Assembly: GCA_026125285.1 (NCBI GenBank)
Contig: JAHCLO010000012.1
Location: 85,008 to 149,007 of the forward strand
Origin: Verrucomicrobiia bacterium
GTDB lineage: Bacteria; Verrucomicrobiota; Verrucomicrobiia; Limisphaerales; JADLHS01
Direction of reading: 5' to 3'
DNA: 64,000 bases
The translations under genes and the position numbers were made by a program. The notes below the pieces were generated by a model. The model was not told the DNA's origin and did no database searches. It worked only from the letters and a program-made list of their open reading frames with translations. This document shows, in pieces, positions 27,598 to 36,562 of this stretch (within the stretch, counting starts at the first letter, position 1; each line of letters begins with the position of its first letter).

Positions 27598-28974
27598 ATG
27601 AACCAACCTCATTCGGAATTCGACCTTTCGCCCGACCAGAAAGTGCATTTTCCGCCTGGACTGAACAATGCCTTCCTGTTTGCCACTTTCAACGCGCTCT
27701 CCTATCAAGTCATTCTGGCCGGGCCTATGATCCTGTACGCCAAGTCGCTGGGGGCGAGTGCGACCGTGCTCGGCATCATTGCGGGAATGATGCCCCTGTT
27801 GGTGATTTTTCAAATCCCCGCCGCCAGCCACATCAATCGCATCGGCTACCAACGCTTCGTCCTGGCGGGCTGGAGCACGCGCGTCATGTTCATCTTCCTC
27901 ATCGCTCTGGTGCCGCTGACCGGCGGACTGCTTGATCCGCGCAATCGTCTGGCGCTGTTATTGGTCCTGCTGTTTGGCTTCAATCTTTCCCGCGGAATCT
28001 CCAGTTGTGCCTGGTTGCCCTGGATCACCGCGTTGGTGCCAGCGACCTTGCGGGGAAAGTATCTGGTCCGGGATGCTGCCGTTCAGAATGTGGCTAGTTT
28101 TGTCGCGTTCCTGGTGGCGGCTGGCACATTGGCGGGACCAACTTATCCCTGGCAGTTCGCCATGCTCTTCGCCTTCAGCGGCGCCATGGGGGCAATAAGT
28201 CTGGTTTTCTTGAAACGAATACCTGACGTCGAACCTCCGGAAGAGCCCCACCTTTCCACGGCGCGTGTCCCTTGGCTGGAGATGGCGCGCTATGCGCCGT
28301 TCCGCAAGTTGCTGCATACGGTGGTTGCCTGGTCGGTGGCTTATGGCGGCATTTCCGCCTTTACGGTGGCGTTCCTGAAAGGGCAGGGCGGCATGTCCGA
28401 GGGGAAGATTCTGCTCGTCAGCTCCGCGGCATTTATTGGCGGCTGGAGCAGCCTGTGGTTTCTTGGCTCACAACTGGACCGGCTCGGCAGCAAACCCGTG
28501 CTGAGTTTTGCTTCAGCCGCCTGGATCGCCGTGTTGGCGGGCTGGTTTGCCCTGTCTGGCCGGTTGTTTCCCACCGCTCTCACGGGAGTCCTGGCGCTGC
28601 AGCTCTTCATGGGCTTGCTGGCTGCGCTGGTCAGCATGGCCAACACCCGGCTCGCCATGTCCATCATTCCCGTGATGGGTCGCAACCATTTCTTCGCCAT
28701 CTACTCGGTCGTCAGCAACGTAGCCTTGGGCCTCGCTCCGATCGGGTGGGGGCTGCTCATTGACGCTGTGGGTAATCGCGCGCCCGTCTGGTTGGGAGTG
28801 GAATGGAATCGCTACAGCATTTTCTTCGTGGCCGCGGCAGCGGTGTTTGCCGTGACGCTCGCGTCCACGCGAAAACTTGACGAGCCGCAAGCCGCCAGTC
28901 TCGAAGAACTGCTCCGCGAGATCCTGATTCAATCCCCGCAACGCTTCTGGTTGCGTTTATGGCCCCGGGGGTGA
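27598..28974 (+). CDS. MFS transporter
   Basis: 458 aa, about 12 hydrophobic segments, with conserved loop-like RIGYQRF after TM2. Confidence 0.75.
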   Translation: MNQPHSEFDLSPDQKVHFPPGLNNAFLFATFNALSYQVILAGPMILYAKSLGASATVLGIIAGMMPLLVIFQIPAASHINRIGYQRFVLAGWSTRVMFIFLIALVPLTGGLLDPRNRLALLLVLLFGFNLSRGISSCAWLPWITALVPATLRGKYLVRDAAVQNVASFVAFLVAAGTLAGPTYPWQFAMLFAFSGAMGAISLVFLKRIPDVEPPEEPHLSTARVPWLEMARYAPFRKLLHTVVAWSVAYGGISAFTVAFLKGQGGMSEGKILLVSSAAFIGGWSSLWFLGSQLDRLGSKPVLSFASAAWIAVLAGWFALSGRLFPTALTGVLALQLFMGLLAALVSMANTRLAMSIIPVMGRNHFFAIYSVVSNVALGLAPIGWGLLIDAVGNRAPVWLGVEWNRYSIFFVAAAAVFAVTLASTRKLDEPQAASLEELLREILIQSPQRFWLRLWPRG

Positions 28975-29016
28975 ACGATCCCGGCACCCGAGTCGCTGCA
29001 ACCTCTTTCAGCCAAT

Positions 29017-30171
29017 TCAAGCCGCCTTCAATCCCAGCGCCCGGGCGACCACCTGATCCACCACCGGCTGGCCGTCCACGTAACGCCGGCTCAAGCCGAA
29101 GCCTTCGTCCCAGCCCCACACGGACCAGCCGATGCGATGTTCGGCGAGCACCTGGCCGAAGTCACGAAACCAGTTGGCACGATGTTCCGGATTGGCGTGC
29201 GGCGGGAAAACGCCGAACTCCCCGCAGTACAGCGGCACGCCATGCCGCGCGCCCCACTCGATGCCTTCCTTGAAACGCGCGGCAAGTTTCGCCTTGTTCC
29301 AGTGTTCGTTGCCATACCGCTCGATCATGCGCCGGGAGCCGGGATGCGCCTCCAAACCGGCCAGCAGCGGGGCGACGGCTTCGGGACTCGACGGATACGG
29401 CACGCCGCGCAAGGGTTTAACCTCCTCGCTCGACCACGTTGCGCCTTGATGCGTGAATGGGAACGGGTCGTAGCAATGGAAGGAGTAAACGACGTTTTTG
29501 TCCGGAAGCACGGTGAGCCTTTTCAAACCGTCAATGCCGCCCCAGTTTGGACCGGTGGTCATGATGGTGTGCTGCGGCGCACTTTGGCGGATGGCCGCCG
29601 CGAGGCGGGCATTGAGCGCGTCCCACTCCGATTCGCGTCCTCGGAACACCGGTTCGTTGATGATTTCGAGCACGGTCAGGTCCGGGTCAAAGGCGCTGAG
29701 GCGACTGGCGAGCGTGGACCAGAATTTTAAGAAGGCATTCTGCCACTCGGGGTTCAACTCGTCGTTGCGGTCTTCGTTGTGAATGTCCACCACAACGGCC
29801 AATCCGGCGCGATGAAACCGTCGCAAGGCCGCTTCGACCTGTTGGGCGCGCTCAACAATCACGCTTCCATCAGTCCGCCCCATCAGGACGCGCGGCTGAA
29901 TGCACAGGCGAACATGCTTCAGCCCGAGTTCCGCCATGAGTGTTGCCTCCGATTCCGGAATGTAATTGTTGAAATGCTCCGCCGAGTCGCGGCGTGGAAA
30001 GCGAAACCAACGGCAGACATTGGCGCCGGTGGACAGACGTTCCAGTCGCAGGGCGGGAACATCCGATTGCGAAGCCGCCCAGCCACTTTGCGGATACAAA
30101 GTCAATCCGCCGATCAGGCAGGCACTGAGGCGCAGGAATTCACGGCGATCCAGGTATGGCGTGGTTTTCAT
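29017..30171 (-). CDS. Glycoside hydrolase family 5 (cellulase-like), probable Tat-exported
   Basis: Twin-arginine-like DRREFLRLSACLIGG. GH5 acid/base LEIINEP and nucleophile CGEFG. Start taken at ATG 30171 (MKTTPYL); ORF extends to 30315. Confidence 0.8.
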   Translation of the reverse strand: MKTTPYLDRREFLRLSACLIGGLTLYPQSGWAASQSDVPALRLERLSTGANVCRWFRFPRRDSAEHFNNYIPESEATLMAELGLKHVRLCIQPRVLMGRTDGSVIVERAQQVEAALRRFHRAGLAVVVDIHNEDRNDELNPEWQNAFLKFWSTLASRLSAFDPDLTVLEIINEPVFRGRESEWDALNARLAAAIRQSAPQHTIMTTGPNWGGIDGLKRLTVLPDKNVVYSFHCYDPFPFTHQGATWSSEEVKPLRGVPYPSSPEAVAPLLAGLEAHPGSRRMIERYGNEHWNKAKLAARFKEGIEWGARHGVPLYCGEFGVFPPHANPEHRANWFRDFGQVLAEHRIGWSVWGWDEGFGLSRRYVDGQPVVDQVVARALGLKAA

Positions 30172-30354
30172 AGTATGCATGTTAAGCAGCTTCCAGTAAT
30201 CGCCTGCCGATGGGACTGGCGACCAAGCCATTGAACTTTTTCTGCTCATTGCCGGCAAGACCAGTCTTGGAATTTCGAGCGGAAGCAGGCAGAATCTCAG
30301 CATGCGGCGGTGCAAAGCTGGTCCACCACCGCAAGCATCGGCGGAGTCAACTCA

Positions 30355-31341
30355 ATGCACTCGTTCAACCAATTCGTCCTGAATTCCACCACGCGCGTTG
30401 CCCTGCCCATCGCGGTGTATCCGGGCGCCGCTTTGACCGGCGCCACGGTACGGGAGGTGGTTACCGATCCGCAGGCACAATTCGCGGCATCAGTTGCCTT
30501 GCACGAACGCTATCGCACGCCCGTTGTCTTGTCGGCCATGGATTTGAGCGTGGAGGCAGAGGCGTTTGGCTGTGAAATCCACACGAGCGAGCACGAAATT
30601 CCCACCGCAGTCGGGGCGGTGGTTTCCGACTTGGAACAGGCACATTCCCTCCGAGTGCCGCGACCGGGCGACAAGCGCACCGGCGTTTATCTCGAAACTG
30701 TGGCCCGGCTGCGCCAACTCCCGGCGCGTCCGCTGGTGCTGGCCGGGTGCATTGGTCCGTTTTCCCTCGCAGGCCGGTTGGTCGGCTTGAGTGAAGCGTG
30801 CGGATTGACACTCACGGATCCAGAATTGATCCATTTGGTTCTGGAGAAGAGTACTGAGTTCCTCACCAGCTACGCCCGCGCGTTCAAGGCGGCAGGCGCT
30901 GACGGGATCATCATGGCCGAACCGGCGGCTGGCTTGCTCTCCCCGCGCGGACTGGCGGAGTTCTCCGCGGCCTACGTGAAACGCATCGTGCAAGGTGTCG
31001 CGGACGAAAACTTCACGCTGATCCTGCATAATTGCGCCGCCAGACTGGTGCATCTGCCGGCCGTGCTCGAATCCGGCACCAGGACGTTCCATTTCGGCGC
31101 ACCGATGGACATCGTGGCCGCCTTGGGCAAAGTGCCGCCTGACGTGGTGCTTTGCGGCAATCTCGATCCCACGGCAGTATTTCATCAAGGCACCCCAGAA
31201 ACGGTTGCGAACCGAACCAGCGAACTGCTCAAGGCCACGCGCACCCACCGCAACTTCGTGATTTCCTCCGGTTGCGACGTGCCACCCGCCTGTCCGCTGG
31301 CGAATCTGGATGCGTTCTACGCGGCAGTGGCAACGGTGTAA
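30355..31341 (+). CDS. Uroporphyrinogen decarboxylase (URO-D) family protein, MtaA/CmuA-like
   Basis: AMDLSVEAEAFGCEI, IIMAEPAAGLLSP and SSGCDVPP are typical of URO-D superfamily methyltransferase-like proteins. ATG at 30355. Confidence 0.7.
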   Translation: MHSFNQFVLNSTTRVALPIAVYPGAALTGATVREVVTDPQAQFAASVALHERYRTPVVLSAMDLSVEAEAFGCEIHTSEHEIPTAVGAVVSDLEQAHSLRVPRPGDKRTGVYLETVARLRQLPARPLVLAGCIGPFSLAGRLVGLSEACGLTLTDPELIHLVLEKSTEFLTSYARAFKAAGADGIIMAEPAAGLLSPRGLAEFSAAYVKRIVQGVADENFTLILHNCAARLVHLPAVLESGTRTFHFGAPMDIVAALGKVPPDVVLCGNLDPTAVFHQGTPETVANRTSELLKATRTHRNFVISSGCDVPPACPLANLDAFYAAVATV

Positions 31342-31748
31342 GGAGATGGCCGCGTGATTCGGTTCGCCCCAATTCTTCAGATTCTTCAAATTCGTCGTTG
31401 CTAAATCGGGGTGCTGGGTTTCAAATCCGTCCGGTTCGCACGGGCTTGGAAGGCAATCATGGAAAAGACAGCTACCGAAGTCGTTCTCAAATCGAAGCAG
31501 GGTCAAGCAGTTCCAGCTTCCTTTCTGGAAAAGGTGTCTCTCCCAAGGCCATGTGCTCGTGACGGTACTGCTGATAGCGATGGCCGCGTTTTTCAACTTC
31601 ACACGGGCATCCCTTCTCTTTGCCGATAACCAAGACTTCACCCGTTCCATGACCCTCGACCTCGCCACCCACTACACCGCCATCGGACAGGCGAAGCGGG
31701 CCGGCGGGCCGGCTTGTTGGGAACGCTTCGCCATGCTCCACTGATCCG

Positions 31749-32279
31749 ATGAGCGAACAGGAATTCCTCGCCGCCTTGACCGGCCATGACTCCGACCTCC
31801 GCCGCGCCGTGGACGCGCTCGGCGTCACCGGCCAGCCGTTTTGCCTCATCGGCGGACTGGCGGTGAACCACTATGTTGAACCCGTCGTAACCTTGGATGC
31901 CGATTTCGCCATCGCCGCCGCCGCCGGTCTGGCTGACGCGCTACGGGCCGCGGGATTTGTCGTGGAGGAATTTCCCCATTCCGTCAACGCCCAGTTACCC
32001 GGCAGTCGGCTGCGCATTCAGATCACCGTCAACTCGCGTTATGCCGCGTTTCCCGCCCGCGCCACCGCTGGCGAACTCTTCGGCGTGCGCCTGCCCATTG
32101 CGGCGCTGGCCGACCTGGTGCAAGGCAAGCTCTGGGCGTTTAACGACACCCACCGCCGCGCCTCGAAACGGGCCAAGGACCGCGCAGACCTCATTCGGAT
32201 TTGCGAATCCTATCCGCACGCCATCGCGTTGATCCCAGCCGGGCTGATTTCTGAAGTGGACGCCCTTCGCCCGGCGTGA
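31749..32279 (+). CDS. Nucleotidyltransferase-fold protein (AbiEii/MNT-like)
   Basis: FCLIGGLAVNHYVEPVVTLDADFAI resembles the GG...(T)xDxD nucleotidyltransferase motif. 176 aa. Confidence 0.45.
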   Translation: MSEQEFLAALTGHDSDLRRAVDALGVTGQPFCLIGGLAVNHYVEPVVTLDADFAIAAAAGLADALRAAGFVVEEFPHSVNAQLPGSRLRIQITVNSRYAAFPARATAGELFGVRLPIAALADLVQGKLWAFNDTHRRASKRAKDRADLIRICESYPHAIALIPAGLISEVDALRPA

Positions 32280-32533
32280 CTCCATTTGTCAAATTTGCTC
32301 TTGCTGACGCGCGGCAACGGGCGTTCAATCGTCAGCGTTCAGAAACAAGACTTATGTAACCCCAATTCACAACCCATTTGCAGCCTCCGCACTACGAATT
32401 ACCGCGCAATTCCGCTATGTAGCCACCGAAATCTTCCTGAGAACGACTGCGGACTGACGTACTACGGATAGAACTCGGTCGCGATTGGAGAGGGACACAG
32501 TATGTCAGCTCTAAACCAACCCGACATATATAG

Positions 32534-33289
32534 ATGAAATCAGGCGATCGAGGCGAGCCAGATTCAGAACCGCGAAGTGACGCCCAATTCTTGACTACTC
32601 ATTGGAGCGACGTGTTTGCCGCTGGCGAAGTCAACGCGCCTGCTGCTCCTCAAGCACTCGAACGCCTTTGCAGCACGTACCGATACCCGCTCTATGTTTT
32701 TGTTCGGCGATATGGGAAGTCTCCGGAGGACGCAGAAGATCTCGTCCAAGGTTTTTTTGCCTCACTAATCGCGAAACCGGACTTGGCAGACCTATCTCCA
32801 AGCAAGGGCCGGTTTCGCGCATATCTCCTGGCTCGACTGAAGAACTTCTTGAGCGACGCTCGGGACCGGGAGAAGGCGGTCAAGCGAGGCGGAGGCAAGC
32901 CTCATGTTTCGTTGGATGGGATGACTGTTGAGGAGCGTTACCGACAAGAGCCAACTGACCCAATGACGCCGGACAAGGCCTACGATGTCGTGTGGGCACA
33001 AACGCTGGTAAAGGAGGCACGAACCCTCTTGCGAGCAGAATATGAGGCGGCAGGCAAAGGCGAATTGTATGTCCTGCTGGATTGCCTGGAGCCAGGGGCT
33101 GCGGAACACCTCACCCACGCTCAGATTGGCGAGCGATTAAATAAAACCGAGTGCGCTGTAAAGAATGAGGCGGCACGCATGCGCCAGAGGTTTCGCGAGT
33201 TATTGCGTGCGCAAGTCGCCCCGACGGTCTCAACGCTGCCAGAAATTGATGAGGAAATCCGTTACATCATTGAACTGCTCGGGGGGTGA
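32534..33289 (+). CDS. ECF-type RNA polymerase sigma factor (kinase-associated type)
   Basis: Sigma-2 region YRYPLYVFVRRYGKSPEDAEDLVQGFF and sigma-4 HTH LTHAQIGERLNKTECAVKNEAARMRQRF. Immediately upstream of the Ser/Thr kinase. Confidence 0.8.
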   Translation: MKSGDRGEPDSEPRSDAQFLTTHWSDVFAAGEVNAPAAPQALERLCSTYRYPLYVFVRRYGKSPEDAEDLVQGFFASLIAKPDLADLSPSKGRFRAYLLARLKNFLSDARDREKAVKRGGGKPHVSLDGMTVEERYRQEPTDPMTPDKAYDVVWAQTLVKEARTLLRAEYEAAGKGELYVLLDCLEPGAAEHLTHAQIGERLNKTECAVKNEAARMRQRFRELLRAQVAPTVSTLPEIDEEIRYIIELLGG

Positions 33290-33382
33290 GACGTCTGGAG
33301 CACCGTGCCGTGAAGCAAAAAAATCCGCGACGAACGTCCGCGTATTCCTCTGAATGTAACGAGTACTATTGAGCAACGAGCT

Positions 33383-36196
33383 ATGGTCCAGCCAAGACAA
33401 TGCCCCGAATGTGGCGCGGAATTGAGAGCAACTGACCCGGAGGGGGTCTGCTTGCTGTGCGCTTTCAAGGGAGCGTTGTTGCCCGCGCCCGAGACGCCCG
33501 TTTCCGAGGAATCGGTCGTTCACTATTTTGGAGACTACCGACTGTCCGCCAAGATTGGCGAGGGTGGCATGGGTACGGTCTATCGTGCGCGACAAGACAG
33601 CCTCAATCGAATTGTGGCGGTGAAGGTCATGCGCGCGGGCTTGTTGGCGAGCGAGGCTGAGGTAAGGCGATTTCAGCGCGAAGCGCAGGCGGCGGCCAAC
33701 TTGCAGCATCCCAACATCGTCGCCGTGTACGAAGTTGGCCGGTTCGACGGTCATCACTTCTACTCGATGCAGTTTATTTCGGGCGAGAACCTTGAGCAAA
33801 AGGTGCGGGCCCGACCGCTCTCCGTAAGGGCGGCCGCAGGCTATGTCGAAACCATCGCCAAAGCTGTTCACTTCGCCCACCAACAGGGAACAATCCATCG
33901 CGACCTCAAGCCCACCAACATTCTCATAGACGAGTTCGATGAGCCGCATATCACTGACTTTGGACTGGTATGCCACAGCGATTCGGACGAGAACTTGACG
34001 CTGACTGGACAGATCGTGGGAACGCCGGCCTTCATGGCGCCGGAACAAGTTGCTGCGAAGTCGAAGCTCGTCAGCCCGCTCACAGACATTTATGCCACAG
34101 GCGCGGTTCTGTATTATCTTCTGACGCAAAAGGCTCCCTTCACCTCGGACACACTGCCGGGGCTGTTGGCGTTGGTTGCCGGTCCATCGCCTCCGGTTTC
34201 ACCCCGTTCCCTTAATCCCACCGTGCCGCTGGACTTGGAAACCATTTGCCTCAAGTGTCTCGAAAAGAGGCCAGACCGCCGCTACCCATCCGCACAAGCC
34301 CTGGCGGATGAACTGAAACGCTTTCGCCGAAACGAACCCATTCTGGCCCGCCCGCCCCACGCTGCCGAAAAGGTTCTGCGGTGGTGCGCCCGAAACCGGA
34401 CCGTGGCTTGGTCCCTCGGGGCGGTGGCGCTCACGCTTGTCACGGCCACTGCGGTCAGTGTTGGTTTGGCGGTCCGCGCCAAACAGGCGGAGCGCATCAC
34501 CCGACAAGCCTACAGCCAAAGCCGGCAGGTGGTTCAATTTCTGACCGACATGCTTCAGGGTGTTGGCCCGGCGACGGCCTTGGGTCGGGACACGACGTTG
34601 CTCCGAGAGATTCTGGACCAAGCGGCTGATCGTGTGGAAACGGAGCTTCGCGAGCACCCTGAAGTTTGCGCAGAGATCCAAGCGATCATGGGAAACATCT
34701 ATCAGGACTTGGGTGAGTTCGCCAAGGCTGAGGCGCTGCATCGGGCAGTCCTGCAAACCACTACCAACCTTTGGGGTGCCGAGCACACCAACACCGCCAG
34801 TGCGCTGGTCAATTTGGCCCTTGTCCTGCAACGCCAGAACAACTTGGAGGAAGCCGAGGCGCTGACCCGCCAGACACTGGACATCCGCAGAAGGCTGCTG
34901 GGGGAGGAACATCCGGACGTGGCCATGTCGCTTCATATCCTGGCGCAGTTGGCAGGCTTGCAGGGGCGGCTCGAGGAGGCGGCAGGGATACTTCGCGAGG
35001 TCATCACCATACAGAGGCGACTGGAGGGAGAGGAACACCCGCACTTGGCTACAACCGTGCAGAACCTCGGTCAGACTCTGCGGATGCTGGGCCGCCTGGA
35101 TGAAGCTGCGGCACTGGAACAGGAGGCGCTCGCCATGCGTCGAAAAGTCTTGCCGCCGGACCATCCGCACATTGCGGTGTCGCTTAACGGCTTGGCGATC
35201 GTGCTCAACGAGCAAGGCCGTTACACCGAGGCTGACGGGCTCTACCGCGAGGCGTTGGCACTCCGCAAGAAACTCGTTGGCAACGAGCATCCGGATGTGG
35301 CAGAGACGCTCAACAACCTGGCCAACAATCTCCAAGACCAAGGCCGGCTCGCCGAGGCCGCAGCCATGCACCGTGAGGCACTGGCTGTGAACAAGAATGT
35401 TTTTGGTCTGGAACACCCGAAGATGGCCAACTCGCTGAACAACCTCGCTTTCGCGTTGCGGGAAGCAGGCGACTTGGTCGAGGCCGAAACCGCCATGCGG
35501 CAGGCGCTGGACATCTGGAAGCGCAGCTACGGCGCGGAACATTTCCAGGTCGCAACCGCATTGCACAATTTGGCGACGGTGCTTCGCGACGCCAATAAGC
35601 TGGGCGAGGCGGAAGCGACACAGCGTGAGGCTCTGGCCCTGCTGCGAAAGCTCCTGGGCGAAACCCATCCTCGTGTCGCCAATGCTCTCCACAACTTGGG
35701 CACCATCCTTGAACGGCACGGAAAGCTGGCGGAGGCCGAATCCTCGTTGCGACAAGGCATGGCACTGCGCCGCGATCTGTTGGGTGGCGATCACCCCAAC
35801 GTCGCGGATTCGTTGGAAGCCTTGGCCCGCCTCCTTCGGGGACGAGGCGAACTGGACGCGGCGGCGACCGCGTTGCGAGAGTGCCTGCAAATCCGCCAGC
35901 AACGTCTTCCGGATGCCTGGGAAACCTTCAGCGCGCAAAGTGCGCTGGGCGAATGTCTCTTGGCGCGCACCGACTATTCGGAAGCAGAGCCATTGTTGCT
36001 GGCCGGGGCCACCGGCCTGCTCGAACGCCAGGCCAGGATTCCTCCCGCAGCCAGAACCCGCCTTACTGAGGCGCTTGAAGCGCTCATCCGCCTGCATGAG
36101 GCAACCGGCCAACCCACCCAGGTCGCCGCATGGAGGCAGAAACTGGCGGAGTTAACGCTGCCAGCACCACCCGCACCGGAGGGCAACCCAAAATGA
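33383..36196 (+). CDS. Ser/Thr protein kinase with N-terminal zinc-ribbon-like CxxC pairs, one TM segment and a long TPR array
   Basis: Kinase motifs GEGGMGTVY, VAVK, HRDLKPTNIL, DFG and APE. TM VAWSLGAVALTLVTATAVSVGLAV. About 12 TPR_12-like repeats (LNNLA..L...G.L.EAE...R.AL). Confidence 0.9.
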   Translation: MVQPRQCPECGAELRATDPEGVCLLCAFKGALLPAPETPVSEESVVHYFGDYRLSAKIGEGGMGTVYRARQDSLNRIVAVKVMRAGLLASEAEVRRFQREAQAAANLQHPNIVAVYEVGRFDGHHFYSMQFISGENLEQKVRARPLSVRAAAGYVETIAKAVHFAHQQGTIHRDLKPTNILIDEFDEPHITDFGLVCHSDSDENLTLTGQIVGTPAFMAPEQVAAKSKLVSPLTDIYATGAVLYYLLTQKAPFTSDTLPGLLALVAGPSPPVSPRSLNPTVPLDLETICLKCLEKRPDRRYPSAQALADELKRFRRNEPILARPPHAAEKVLRWCARNRTVAWSLGAVALTLVTATAVSVGLAVRAKQAERITRQAYSQSRQVVQFLTDMLQGVGPATALGRDTTLLREILDQAADRVETELREHPEVCAEIQAIMGNIYQDLGEFAKAEALHRAVLQTTTNLWGAEHTNTASALVNLALVLQRQNNLEEAEALTRQTLDIRRRLLGEEHPDVAMSLHILAQLAGLQGRLEEAAGILREVITIQRRLEGEEHPHLATTVQNLGQTLRMLGRLDEAAALEQEALAMRRKVLPPDHPHIAVSLNGLAIVLNEQGRYTEADGLYREALALRKKLVGNEHPDVAETLNNLANNLQDQGRLAEAAAMHREALAVNKNVFGLEHPKMANSLNNLAFALREAGDLVEAETAMRQALDIWKRSYGAEHFQVATALHNLATVLRDANKLGEAEATQREALALLRKLLGETHPRVANALHNLGTILERHGKLAEAESSLRQGMALRRDLLGGDHPNVADSLEALARLLRGRGELDAAATALRECLQIRQQRLPDAWETFSAQSALGECLLARTDYSEAEPLLLAGATGLLERQARIPPAARTRLTEALEALIRLHEATGQPTQVAAWRQKLAELTLPAPPAPEGNPK

Positions 36197-36267
36197 CTTC
36201 ACACTTCCGAAAATAATCTGCGACCTTCGTTTCCCGATTCCTCTGATGTTATTAGAAGCATACGCAA

Positions 36268-36549
36268 ATGAAGACGAATGAAGGACCAAACGCGGCCGGA
36301 GGATCAAGAAACGCCCCTGACACGAGGAGACGCTCCATCGGTAAGCAGTGCCTGTTGGCCCAAGGTTACTTGAAGAAGGAGATCGCCGACCAGTTCACCA
36401 TTTCGGAGGAAACCGTCTGCACCCACTGCCGGCACATTTACGAAAAACTCCACGTTAACTGTCGCGAACATGCTGTGGCGAAGGTCATGCCGTTTGAGGC
36501 ACTTCCCGTGTTCGAGCCGTCAACTACGAGTTCAGTGATATCGAACTGA
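36268..36549 (+). CDS. Stand-alone LuxR/GerE-type HTH protein (93 aa)
   Basis: LLAQGYLKKEIADQFTISEETVCTHCRHIYEKLHVNCREHAVAKV fits the GerE HTH. There is no receiver domain. Confidence 0.5.
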   Translation: MKTNEGPNAAGGSRNAPDTRRRSIGKQCLLAQGYLKKEIADQFTISEETVCTHCRHIYEKLHVNCREHAVAKVMPFEALPVFEPSTTSSVISN

Positions 36550-36562
36550 AAAACGCCACTTT

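Noticed and set aside
27330-27600. Degenerate RAYT/IS200-like transposase remnant on the minus strand next to the hairpin doublet (IVHVVLWLLPNDQHRYIVEL vaguely recalls the ...vvMPNHvHllve motif).
   Set aside because: The similarity is limited to one short, gapped motif, and no HUH motif or catalytic Tyr region was found. Too weak to call without a profile search.
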